A stretch of DNA of 26,066 nucleotides from a virus. The stretch covers positions 1 through 26,066 of IMG/VR virus record IMGVR_UViG_3300031992_000417. One strand, 5' to 3'. Made by a program: the position numbers and the translations under genes. The notes under the pieces are model-generated. The model made no database searches. It was not told the origin of the DNA and was given only the letters and a program-made list of their open reading frames with translations. Shown here piece after piece: positions 1 through 9,577 of this stretch (its first letter is position 1; every line of letters begins with the position of its first letter).

Positions 1-127
1 AATAAATAATAAAAATAATAGTAATATAAATAATTTACGATTAGGAACATCATCCCCTAACGGGGCTGATATCCCTAATCCAGATAGTAATCCAAAGATA
101 GAAAAAGAAATTAGTAGAGATGAAGCC
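1..127. repeat. Terminal direct repeat, copy 1 (identical to 25940-26066); marks a closed or terminally redundant 25,939-bp genome
   Basis: Base-by-base comparison by eye shows 1-127 equals 25940-26066 with no mismatch. The reading frame of the ORF starting at 25434 continues through it. Confidence 0.93.
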
Positions 128-208
128 GAACTTATAGTTAACCCGCAATGGGTTTCCCCCACTCTACTTCTTACTTCTACTGGAAAATATTTTAGAGTTA
201 AAGATTAA
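2..208 (+). CDS. 3' end of the rep-like ORF that begins at 25434 (wrap-around continuation; 2-127 duplicate 25941-26066)
   Basis: Position 1 is the third base of the codon at 25938-25940. The frame stays open (...NNLRLGTSSPNGADIPNPDSNPKIEKEISRDEAELIVNPQWVSPTLLLTSTGKYFRVKD) to TAA at 206-208. The terS RBS follows immediately. Confidence 0.7.
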   Translation: MNNKNNSNINNLRLGTSSPNGADIPNPDSNPKIEKEISRDEAELIVNPQWVSPTLLLTSTGKYFRVKD

Positions 209-228
209 ATTGATAGGAGGGAAGTTTT

Positions 229-597
229 ATGGCGCTGACTACTAAACAAAAAGTATTTGCTGAAACATATATTGCTAATGGTTTTAACGCATTAAATGCG
301 TATAACGTAGCGTTTGGGGGCGGTCAAAAAAACAAACCGTCTTATCCTTACACATTATTAAAGAAACCTGAAATCCAGGAATATATAGAGCAAAGACGTA
401 AAGAAATGTATGAAAGTTTAAACATAGACAGTATGCGCGTAATGACAGAAATTGCCAAAATCGCATTTCAAGAAGAGAACAGCAATACCGTCTATGCTAA
501 ACTAAAAGCATTAGAGTTGTTAAGTAAAAATTTATCATTACAAACACAAAAGACCGAAAATAAAGATATTATTGAGGTCCAATTAATGGAGGATTAA
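229..597 (+). CDS. terS: Terminase small subunit (Terminase_2-like N-terminal HTH)
   Basis: AGGAGGG at 215-221 lies upstream of ATG 229. MALTTKQKVFAETYIANGFNALNAYNVAFGG fits the 'LT.KQ..F...Y...GN...A...AGY' small-terminase pattern. The gene sits upstream of terL. It has no in-frame TAG and ends in TAA. Confidence 0.78.
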   Translation: MALTTKQKVFAETYIANGFNALNAYNVAFGGGQKNKPSYPYTLLKKPEIQEYIEQRRKEMYESLNIDSMRVMTEIAKIAFQEENSNTVYAKLKALELLSKNLSLQTQKTENKDIIEVQLMED

Positions 598-598
598 T

Positions 599-838
599 AT
601 GATTGACTTTGAAGCAAAGAAAGCAGAAATTGAAGAGAAGTGGAAGCCTTGCGCCGAAGCGTGTAATGACTTATTAAAGGCATTAAATGAGTTCCGCAGT
701 ATTTCATTAGATGATTGCGACAAGAATAATACAGAAGAAGTCTAGAATTGTATGGCGCTTGGTCGCGACATAGATAACCGCACAATTTATATTTTGCGTT
801 CCCTATTGGTTCAACACGGGAATGTTTTGTTCTTATGA
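599..838 (+). CDS. Hypothetical protein (79 aa, one in-frame TAG at 743-745)
   Basis: ATG 599 starts two bases after the terS stop (TAATATG). The TGA at 836-838 overlaps the terL ATG (ATGA). It is open only if TAG is sense. No family recognised. Confidence 0.55.
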
Positions 839-2076
839 AAATCCAAGTTCATAAGAACATTTTTAATGCCGTTTATTTACCATATTTAGAGGATTTTAGC
901 ACACGCTTTATTGTTTTTTATGGCGGCGCTGGTTCGGGCAAGAGCCATTTTATCGCGCAACGATTAGTATATAAGGGGTTGAAGTCATAGCGCAAGATTT
1001 TAGTATTGCGTAAGGTCAATCGCACTACCAAAGCATCTACATTCTAGTTGCTTCTGGATACGGTAAGCCAGTTCGGCATTTACAATATGTGTAGTATAAA
1101 CCGCACTGATTTTACCATAACTTTGCCAAATGGCACCCAATTTTTATGTATGGGGTTAGACGACCCTGAAAAGATTAAATCAATCACCGGCTTAACTGAC
1201 GCTTGGTTGGAGGAAGCAACTGAATTTACTATGGACGATTTTAGCCAGGTAAATTTGCGTATTCGCGACCCCAAAGCGAAGGATTAGCAGGTGGTTTTGT
1301 CATTCAACCCAGTTTCAAAAGCCAATTGGTGCTATCTACAATTTTTTGCTGACAATCCAGAATTGGATGAGTTTAGGAAAAATGTTGTAATAGTTCATAC
1401 CAATTATTTGGATAATCCGCATTTACCAAAAGAATATGTTGAAACATTATTGTAGATGAAAAAGACTAATGAAGTCTACTATAAGATTTATGCTCTTGGT
1501 GAGTTCGGCAGTTTGGATAAGTTAGTATATAACAATTGGCAGGTAATGGATTTTGACCCATAGAAGATAAAAGGACCATTGCTTTGCGGACTTGACTTTG
1601 GATATACAAATGACCCCACGAGATTTATCGCGTCTATATTATGCGAAGACGAGGGGCGCATCTATGTATTCAAAGAATGGGGTGGCACCGGCTATCTTAA
1701 TGATTAGATTGCTGATGCGATAAAAGAAATGGGTTTTGCTAAAAGCACGATATGCGCTGATAGCGCTGAATAGAAAAGTATAGATGAGATAAAGCGTGCG
1801 GGCGTATCGCGCATTAAGCCGTGCGCGAAGGGCAAAGGCAGCATTTTATAGGGCATCCAAAAAATTCAATAGTTTGAGTTAGTTGTAGCCCCGTCTTGTA
1901 AAGAGACAATTGAAGAGTTAAGTAATTATTCGTGGAAAAAAGATAAAAACACGAATGAATACATAAATGAGCCAATAGATGCGTTCAATCACTGTTTAGA
2001 TGCTTTGCGGTATAGTATGTAGTGTGTTGAAGTGCGTGCCCCATTGGCTACAATAAAGAAAGATTTACTGTTTTAA
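835..2076 (+). CDS. terL: Terminase large subunit (PBSX/Terminase_3-type ATPase plus nuclease)
   Basis: Walker A FYGGAGSGKSHF, then LEEATEF, IYALGEFG, CGLDFGYTNDPT and DAFNHCLDALRYS motifs. There are 10 in-frame TAGs and no TAA/TGA until TAA 2074-2076. I checked every codion-free reading of the frame codon by codon. Confidence 0.92.
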
Positions 2077-2090
2077 GGAGGTCTATATCA

Positions 2091-3470
2091 TTGATTACAT
2101 TAAATAGTAAAGAGGAATTAACTATTCCGGTTATTAAGCGCATTGTAGAAAATCATTATGGAAAAGAACTACCACGATTATAGAAATTAGAAAGATATTA
2201 CAAGAATGATAATGATATTCATCGTCGTATAATGAGTGATAATACAAAACCAAATAACAAGACTGCCAACCCGTATGCCAGTTATATTACTGACACATTG
2301 GTTGGTTATTTTATGGGCGAACCAGTTAGTTATAATGCGGAAGATAAGAACTTATTACAAGATTTAAATATGATATTTGAATACAACGATGAAGCAGATG
2401 AGAATACTGAATTAGCAAAAGACGCCAGCATTTATGGTGTAGCATTTGAAGAGTTGTATTTCAGTGAAGACGACAAGATGATTAGGTTCAAGCGTTTAGA
2501 CCCAAAGGAAATTATTCCTATTTATGATAAGACAATTGAATAGAATTTAATCGCAGTAATTAGATATTATGAAGACTTTGATTATGTTGAGGAAAAGAAA
2601 AGTTTCGTTATTGAGATTATTGATGATGTTGAAGTAAATAGATACCGCACAGGTGAATTGTTTAATTCTTTTACTCTATTGGAAAATTATCCCCATTATT
2701 TTGGTATGGTGCCCGTCGCTATCTATGAGAATAACGAGGATTAGATGGGCGACTTTGAGAAGGTCATTGACCTAATTGATGCGTATGACAAGATGGAGAG
2801 CGATAGCCTAAATGATTTTGAATATTTTGTCGATGCTTATCTGGCTCTTTACGGATTTACCGCGGATAAAGATGACATAAAGCAAATGAAGGAAAATCGT
2901 GTGCTTTTGATGGATGAAGGCACAAGTGCTGAATGGCTTATCAAGAGTGAGAATGACGCAACGACCGAAAATATGAAGAACCGTTTAGACACTGATATTC
3001 ATAAATTCGCTAAATGCCCGAACCTCGCTGATAAAGAGTTCGCAAGCAATGCGTCTGGTGTTGCTATTAAGTTTAAGTTATTAGGCACTGAAAACCTCAC
3101 ATCTATTAAAGAGCGCAAATTCAAGAAAGGTTTACAATAGCGTTTAGAACTTATGAGTATGATAGGCGGATTATTAAATACTGGTTTTGATTGGCGTGGT
3201 ATTGAAATTATCTTTACTCGTAATATTCCAAGTAATGATATTGATATTGCCAATATGGTTAATACATTATCTGGCATTGTAAGTGACGAAACATTGCTCG
3301 CGCAAATTCCATTTGTAGAAGATGTTGAGGCAGAATTAGAACGCCTTAAAACGCAAAAAGAGGAAGATAAATTAAACAATCCATTCTTTGCTACTCCTGG
3401 TGTAAATTACGAAACAGCCGCGCAAGCAAAGGATAAAGAAGCGGAGGATGACAATAATGAATTGGACTGA
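2091..3470 (+). CDS. Portal protein (SPP1 gp6-like)
   Basis: TTG 2091 lies 9 nt after AAGGAGG (2075-2081). Motifs: ...LERYYKNDNDIHRR...KPNNKTANPYASYITDTLVGYFMGEPVSY..., ...GDFEKVIDLIDAYDKMESDSLNDFEYFVDAYL.... Four in-frame TAGs (2181, 2541, 2742, 3138). TGA stop at 3468. Confidence 0.9.
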
Positions 3471-3846
3471 AATTTTAATGAAAATTTTTGAGTTGTGTGT
3501 TATTCCTCTTCTTGGAATTTTAACTACTTATTTAGTCCAGTGGATTGCTGTAAAAAAAGAAGAAATTAAAGAACACACTCATAATGAAAAAGTAAATAAG
3601 TATTTAGATTTACTTGAAGGCACAATTTCAAATTGTGTCATCGCTACTAATTAGACTTATGTTGAAGCGTTAAAAAACTAGAATGCTTTTACTGCGGAAG
3701 CGCAAAAGCACGCTTTTGAGATGACTTATAAACAAGTTATGCTAATTCTTACTGATGAAGCAAAGTAGTATTTAACCGAAGCCGTTGGCGACCTTCAAGA
3801 ATACATTACCGCATAGATTGAGGCGCAGGTGAATTTAAATAAATGA
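3457..3846 (+). CDS. Membrane protein, LL-H-type holin-like (N-terminal TM helix plus helical tail)
   Basis: ATG 3457 lies 9 nt after GGAGG (3443-3447). ILMKIFELCVIPLLGILTTYLVQWIAV is a hydrophobic helix. The tail ...VIATN[TAG]TYVEALKN[TAG]NAFTAEAQKHAF...AQIEAQV resembles my recollection of LL-H holin family proteins. Four in-frame TAGs. The TGA at 3844 overlaps the next ATG. Confidence 0.55.
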
Positions 3847-4733
3847 ATATATTTAATGAATATTCACAACCAACTATTGATTTCATCTGGGCTCTACTGG
3901 CGGCGGCTTATGAAGATGAAGACAAGTTAGACAAGATATTAGAAGATATCGCTGATGATGTATTCAAAGAAGTTAGTAAAATCTTAAAGGATTTAGAAAA
4001 ATCCGGCAGAATTGATTTAAATAAAAAGATACGATTGGGCGACCATCCTGCGATATACAAGGCATTAAAAGATATTGAGAATAAACAATGGCATAGATTT
4101 ACTGAATGGTGTTGGATAGGAAATTAGGTAATTACAGAGAGTTTAATGCGAACTTATCGTGATACATTGTTATGGACTTACAATACATTTAGACCTAAAA
4201 TCCCAACAGCACCAACAGAGAAATCATTAGATGTTTAGATAAAAATTACTGATACATATATCCATAATCATTATCTTAAAATTCCTTGGTGCTAGGATGG
4301 AAAAATATATAGCGATAGACTATGGGGCAATGTTGCGAATTTCCAGAGTAAATTATCATATGTGCTAGAATAGGGTATCGCTCGTGGCAGAGGCGTTGAT
4401 TGGATGATGGATGAATGGCGCAAACTTACCAAGACTGCGGGTTATGAAGTGGCAAGGCTACTGAAAACAGAAACAATGGCTATGTGGAGTGAAGCAACAA
4501 AGGAAGCATATTTAGATATGGGAATTGAGTATGTAGAAATAATTAACCCAGAGCCTTGTGATGAAGTTTGTAGCGATTATGTTGGCGAGATTATCCCATT
4601 AGAAGAAGCAATCATTGGGGATGAATTGCCGCCTTATCATCCTAATTGTGTATGCGATTTCCACGCTTGGCGCGAAGATGTAAGCGCTGATGAATACGCG
4701 GCTTACAAAGAAGAATACGATGAAGAGGACTGA
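3843..4733 (+). CDS. Head morphogenesis protein (SPP1 gp7 / Mu F family)
   Basis: ATGA overlap with the upstream gene. ...IPWC[TAG]DGKIYSDRLWGN..., ...ARLLKTETMAMWSEA..., and C-terminal ...LPPYHPNCVCDF (the PP.HPNC.C signature). Four in-frame TAGs (4125, 4236, 4293, 4371). TGA stop. Confidence 0.85.
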
Positions 4734-4779
4734 AAATTTTTAGGACAATTTTGTTTCACCGATTTGTTCTAATTTTCAT
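4733..4779 (+). promoter_or_regulatory. Conserved intergenic module, copy A (23-nt exact core AAAATTTTTAGGACAATTTTGTT plus a 24-nt related flank)
   Basis: 4733-4755 is identical to 23175-23197. The next 24 nt match 16/24 and end in the shared AATTTTCAT. Both copies start at or next to a stop codon and precede a T5-7A7-8 tract and a promoter-like element. Confidence 0.55.
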
Positions 4780-4802
4780 TCCTATTGGACGAAAAAATGT
4801 AG

Positions 4803-4831
4803 TTCATTTTTAAAAAAAATTAAATTAATAT
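4803..4831 (+). promoter_or_regulatory. Candidate promoter for the scaffold/capsid operon (TTCATT, 17 nt, TAATAT)
   Basis: It is positionally homologous to the better promoter at 23257-23285 when the two conserved intergenic regions are aligned. The -35 is weak. Confidence 0.3.
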
Positions 4832-4876
4832 AGAAAAGGTAGAACTCATAGGAGGGCTACCGAGGAGGTTTTTATT

Positions 4877-5461
4877 ATGGCAGAAGAATTAAATAAGGGT
4901 TCAGTTGTTGAAACATCAACTGCGGAGAACGCAGGGGATAACGCACCGAAAACTTATACGGAAGAAGAAGTCCAGGCTCTCTTACAACAAGAGGGAGACC
5001 GCCGAGTTTCAAGTGCGTAGAAAAAGTGGCAGAAAGATTTGGAGAACAAGATGGCGGAAGCGGAGAAGTTAAAGAATATGGACGAAAGCCAACGCAAAGA
5101 ATACGAATACGAACAGAAACTTCGCGAACTGGAAGACCGCGAGCGTGATTTTGCTATTACTCAAAACAAGTTAGAAGCAACCAAAGTGCTCGCTAATCGT
5201 CATCTGCCAGTAGAATTTGTTGATTATATCGTAGCGGAAGATGCCGAAACAATGATGAATAATATTACTACTTTTGAAAAGATGTTTAATAGTGCCGTGG
5301 CTGATGCCGTGGCTATGAAGATTGCGTCTCCCGCACCTAAAACGGGTGCTGCTAAATAGACCGGGCTTACTCGTGAAGAGTTTAAGAAGTTGTCTATTTC
5401 ACAACAAGCGGAGATTTACCGCACTAATCCAGAATTATATAAGCAGTTATCCCGTGATTAA
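4877..5461 (+). CDS. Capsid scaffolding protein (DUF4355-like, coiled-coil, acidic)
   Basis: GAGGAGG at 4862-4868 precedes ATG 4877. ...TYTEEEVQALLQQEGDRRVSSA[TAG]KKWQKDLE...KLRELEDRERDFAITQNKLEATKVLANRHLPVEFVDYIVAEDAE... fits scaffold proteins found upstream of HK97-fold capsids. Two in-frame TAGs (5018, 5357). TAA stop. Confidence 0.8.
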
Positions 5462-5493
5462 TATTATTTTATATATGAAGGAGATTATATATT

Positions 5494-6435
5494 ATGAGTT
5501 ATACTGCTATGTCTCATACTGTTTATGAGAATTTTGTTTTAGAAAATAAACTTGAAGATTTACTTATTACTAATCTTGACCTTAACCAGTTCGCTACTCA
5601 CGACGATAGTCTTGTTGAAAATCCTGGTATGAAGAAGGTTATCCACACTTATACTTCTAGTGGTGATGTTGAAGACCTCGCTATGGGCCAAGGCAATACT
5701 GATGGTATTGTTGTTTCTTTCAGCGATGAAGAGTATGAAGTTGGAACCACACAAGGTCGTTTCTCTTACTACGACGAGCAAGAAATGACTGACCCAATGG
5801 TTGTTGATGCTGGTCTCGATGGTCTCGCAAAGAGAATGGCTAACGACCTCACTGAAAAGGTTGTTGCTGAATTTGATAAGGCTGATTTGATTGCTTCTGG
5901 CGTTAATTGGTCCTTTGATAGTTTTGTTGATGCTATCGCTCTTTATCCTTATGAAGATGAAGCAGGTTTATTCTGCTTAATCAATCCCGCACAAAAGGCT
6001 GATATCCGCAAGGCTCTCGCTGACGACCTTAAATATGTTGAGGATTTTGCTCGCACTGGTTATATTGGTTCTGTTTGCGGTGTCCCTATTTATGTAACCA
6101 AGGCTGTTGCTGATGGCACTGCTTTCATTGCTACCAAGGATGCTGTTACTATCTTCACCAAGAAAGGTGCTGAAACCGAGCAAGAGCGTGATGCTAATAC
6201 TCGTTTAAATACTGTTTATGCCCGTAAGGTTATGCTTGTTGCTATCACTGATAAAACTCGTGTTATCAAGATGACTGCCAAAAATTGGTCTTATACCGCT
6301 GTTGTAAGTCCTGATGTTGATGATATTGGCACTTATTTTGAGCGTTCTGGTTCCGCTGGTTCTTATGTCTATACCAAGACTACTGATACCGCATTAGACG
6401 CAAATAAGACCTATTACACAAGAGAATTAGCCTAA
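5494..6435 (+). CDS. Major capsid protein (HK97-fold family)
   Basis: A 313-aa uninterrupted ORF after AAGGAG, directly downstream of the scaffold and followed by the strongest terminator in the window. ...VYENFVLENKLEDLLITNLDLNQF...NPGMKKVIHTYTSSGDVEDLAMGQGN... resembles Firmicutes siphophage capsids. It has no TAG. Confidence 0.88.
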   Translation: MSYTAMSHTVYENFVLENKLEDLLITNLDLNQFATHDDSLVENPGMKKVIHTYTSSGDVEDLAMGQGNTDGIVVSFSDEEYEVGTTQGRFSYYDEQEMTDPMVVDAGLDGLAKRMANDLTEKVVAEFDKADLIASGVNWSFDSFVDAIALYPYEDEAGLFCLINPAQKADIRKALADDLKYVEDFARTGYIGSVCGVPIYVTKAVADGTAFIATKDAVTIFTKKGAETEQERDANTRLNTVYARKVMLVAITDKTRVIKMTAKNWSYTAVVSPDVDDIGTYFERSGSAGSYVYTKTTDTALDANKTYYTRELA

Positions 6436-6454
6436 TTTATAATTAAATATAGAG

Positions 6455-6493
6455 GGACCTACCTGCTGATGTAGGTAGGTCCTTATTTTTTTT
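6455..6493 (+). terminator. Rho-independent terminator after the capsid gene
   Basis: A 10-bp GC-rich stem GGACCTACCT (6455-6464) / AGGTAGGTCC (6473-6482), an 8-nt loop, then TTATTTTTTTT. Confidence 0.9.
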
Positions 6494-6510
6494 AATTGGA
6501 GAGAACAATT

Positions 6511-6804
6511 ATGTTAGATAGAATTAAATTATTATTAAATATCCTTGATGATGAATAGGACGAATTACTTTCTACTTTAATTGCTCTTTGTAAAGATGAA
6601 GCATATATTTATTGTAATTTACCAGCATATAATGCGGCATTAGATGGCGCAGTTATTCAAATGGTAATTGAACGCTACAATCGCATTGGCAGTGAAGGCG
6701 CTACTTCATAGTCTTCTTCTGGTGTTTCAATGAGTTATGATAGTTTTTATAGCGATAAAGTTAGATGGATGTTGAATAAACAAAGAAAGGTGAAGATGAT
6801 ATGA
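6511..6804 (+). CDS. Head-tail connector (gp6-like, Phage_connect_1 pattern)
   Basis: MLDRIKLLLNILDDE[TAG]DELLSTLIALCKDEAYIYCN...VIQMVIERYNRIGSEGATS[TAG]SSSGVSMSY... follows the 'lk..L.i..d..D.ll..li..a...i..Y.n' connector pattern. Two in-frame TAGs. The TGA overlaps the next ATG. Confidence 0.78.
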
Positions 6805-7121
6805 TTAAACGAGATTTAATTCAACGCATTCGTGTCATCCCAACTGATGACGCGCAAGGCGGTTCAACAATTACAATTGAACCTTATGAGTTTATTAAGG
6901 CGCACGTATCTATTACTGCTACTGGTGAATAGATTACACAATATGGTATTACTACATAGAAATTAATTAATGTAGTTACTGATATAAAATTAGATGAATA
7001 TATTCATACCCGCTATGTTTTTAATGGCGATAAATATAAACTTATGAGCCAAGTAAAACGCGGTCGTGAATGGTTCAGCGTGATGATGGAAGTTATTGAA
7101 GAGGAGGCTGAACCGGTATGA
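6801..7121 (+). CDS. Head closure / head-tail adaptor protein (SPP1 gp16-like by position and size)
   Basis: ATGA overlap at 6801-6804. 106 codons with two in-frame TAGs (6930, 6957). It lies between the connector and later head-tail joining genes. Its TGA overlaps the next ATG. Confidence 0.7.
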
Positions 7122-7450
7122 TGAAGTTTGATAAAGACACCAATGTTATCACAATGATTGCGAAAGATACTGGGGATTTTATCATTAATGTAGAGAATTA
7201 TAAATTGGATGAGGGCGACGAGGTTTATTTTACTGTTAATGACAAATTAGAGAAACCCACCGCACTTATCTCAAAGAAAGTCACTGTATTTAATGAAGAT
7301 AACACCGCAATTATCCGCTTAACTTCCACGGATACTAATTTACAACCTGGGACTTATTACTATGATATCCAAATCAATACTGCGGATGGGCGTGTTGATA
7401 CTGTTTTAGGTCCCGCTAAATTTAAAATTTTAGGAGGCGTGAAATTCTAA
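7118..7450 (+). CDS. Small Ig-like beta-sandwich protein (BppU_N-like pattern)
   Basis: An uninterrupted 110-aa ORF. ...[24 protein letters not shown]...[29 protein letters not shown]... resembles the N-terminal Ig-like domain of baseplate or fibre anchor proteins. TAATG overlap with the fibre gene. Confidence 0.7.
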   Translation: MMKFDKDTNVITMIAKDTGDFIINVENYKLDEGDEVYFTVNDKLEKPTALISKKVTVFNEDNTAIIRLTSTDTNLQPGTYYYDIQINTADGRVDTVLGPAKFKILGGVKF

Positions 7451-9576
7451 TGAGTGAAGAAAAAAAAGTATTAGATACTGAAATTGTTGTATCTATGTCT
7501 AACGCCACTTATAAAGGTGAAGTAGGACCACAAGGACCCAAGGGAGAACCAGGAGATAGCGCTTATGACATTGCTGTTAAGAACGGGTTTGAAGGCACAG
7601 AAGCAGAATGGCTTGCCTCTTTACATATTGATGGAGATTGGGAAGGACAAATCGGTTCTGCTGGTAAAAGCGCTTATGAAATCGCAGTTGATAATGGATT
7701 TGTAGGCACTGAAATAGAATGGTTAGCGAGCCTTAAAGGTATTAAGGGTGATACCGGCGCAACCGGACCGAAAGGCGATAAAGGCGACACCGGGGAAACT
7801 GGGCCACAAGGACCAAAAGGCGATAAAGGTGATACTGGCGCAACTGGACCGAAGGGTGATACTGGACCTGCGGGGCAAAATGGCGCTACACCTGTAAAAG
7901 GTGTTGATTATTTCACCGCACAAGATATTAATGATTTTATTGCGTAGGTCCCACAACCAGATTTAACTAAATATAATAAAGATATTTTTCTTAATAATGA
8001 TGAAACATTAACAGATGAAATTTATAACATACTTTATACTTGGAATACCGCGCAAACTGATTTCCGTTTAGGTTATATCCCAGGGTATAATTTATATTTC
8101 GAGAACCGTTATGTATTTGCGGTAAAACGAAGTCAATCTTATGGCTTACCAGAATTATTTTATTGGGATTATGATACTTCAACTTCTTGTTATTATATGA
8201 TAGGGACATTCCCGTAGTATTCTTCTACTAAAGGGTTTTATTATCACTATATAGCCCCATCAACTTCGGCATTTAAATAGGCTATTTCTGCTAATGTAAT
8301 TCGTTTAAAAGACGAAGATAAATTGGCTTCAACCAATTTCTTGCCACAACAATTTGCTTATATTAAAGAAAATTATGCGACCAAAGCCTATGTAGAAGAG
8401 ATTGTGCGCGGTATTGAAACCGGTGCTTTAAAGCGTTCTGTCGTTTAGACTTTGCCAACAGAGGATATAGACGAAGATACTATCTATATGGTGCCAAAAA
8501 CAGGTAGCACCGGTGATGTTTATAATGAGTATTTGTATGTAAATAATACTTGGGAATTAATTGGTAGCACAGAAGTTGATTTAACTAATTATGCTACAAA
8601 GAGTTATGTTGATGGCGCAGTATTTAGTGGGGATTATAATGACTTAACGAATAAACCAACTATTCCATCTGCTTATACCTTACCCACCGCTACTACTTCC
8701 TCTCTTGGTGGTGTTAAGGTTGATGGCGAGACCATTACTATTGAGGATGGTGTGATTAGTGCGGCTAGCGGTGGTGGTGCCACTTATACTGCCGGTAATG
8801 GTATTAACATTGATGAAAATAATGTTATTAGTAATAATAATTCAACAATAAATTTATTAAACGCAGAAATGACGGCAATAAATACTACCAGTATTCACAC
8901 CAAAGACGAACTTATTGAATTATTAAAACAAGAAAAAATAATATATGTAAATGATGTTACTTGGTATGGCACTCAAATTTCAAGCACAGAATTAGGATTA
9001 CGGAATAATAGAATTAAATATGAAGATTCTACAAGTATGAGCGGACTAGTTAGCACATCCATTACGAGCACGATAACTTTATATTCCGAGCAATATTATT
9101 AGTTAGTGCTAAATAAAAAAGCGACTTTATCATCTAATGATAATAGCGCGCAATGTAGAACTTGGTCGTCTCCAATGGTATCAACACAATTACCACTTTG
9201 TGTTATTGGCTATAATACATATAATGGAAAATATGTTGGGAAAAATATTTAGGATTTAAATAATCGTGTTCCTGTGAATAATACGGCTGATGGCTCTTAT
9301 AAACTTACATCAACTGTTACTTCTGGTTCCGCTACTTATGCTTGGGTTGAAGATAGTTCCGGTTCAAGTTTTAGTGGCGATTATAATGATTTAACTAATA
9401 AACCAACTTTATTTAGTGGAAATTATAATGACTTAACTAATAAACCTACAATCCCAACTGGGGAAACTTTGCCAACGGCACCAGCGGGGGATGGAACTTA
9501 TTTATTGAAAGTTTCTGTTTCTTCTGGAACTCCAACTTATTCTTGGGAAAGCGTTGTAATAGGAGGTAGTTATTGA
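7450..9576 (+). CDS. Collagen-like fibre protein (708 aa)
   Basis: Track ORFs 7450-7947, 8452-9102 and 9274-9576 share one frame, and the gaps between them are open except for TAG (6 in total). It has Gly-X-Y tracts, a duplicated SAY(D/E)IAV.NGF.GTE.EWLASL motif, [33 protein letters not shown] and three SG(D/N)YNDLTNKPT motifs. All of these are typical phage fibre motifs. TGA stop. Confidence 0.85.
7738..7884 (+). repeat. Collagen-like Gly-X-Y tract (17 consecutive triplets; a shorter 5-triplet tract lies at 7516-7560)
   Basis: [49 protein letters not shown] read directly. The underlying DNA is an imperfect tandem repeat. Confidence 0.92.
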
Positions 9577-9577
9577 T

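Noticed and set aside
4767-4773. Possible suppressor-tRNA anticodon loops 'TTCTAAT' at 4767-4773, 23196-23202 and 25180-25186.
   Set aside because: The five bases on either side cannot pair as an anticodon stem (for example ATTTG/TTTCA and GAATA/GCGGC). No acceptor, D-arm or T-arm can be drawn around them. This still needs a proper tRNA scan.
4838-4868. The GGTAG...CTACC stem around the first AGGAGG-like sequence upstream of the scaffold gene, as a translational riboswitch or occluder.
   Set aside because: It is only a 5-bp stem with a 14-nt loop. The functional GAGGAGG (4862-4868) is left unpaired, so the support is too weak.
7516-7884. The collagen-tract DNA repeats as a diversity-generating retroelement target or template pair.
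   Set aside because: No reverse transcriptase is encoded anywhere in the genome. The repeats are ordinary Gly-X-Y coding repeats without adenine-specific mismatch patterns.
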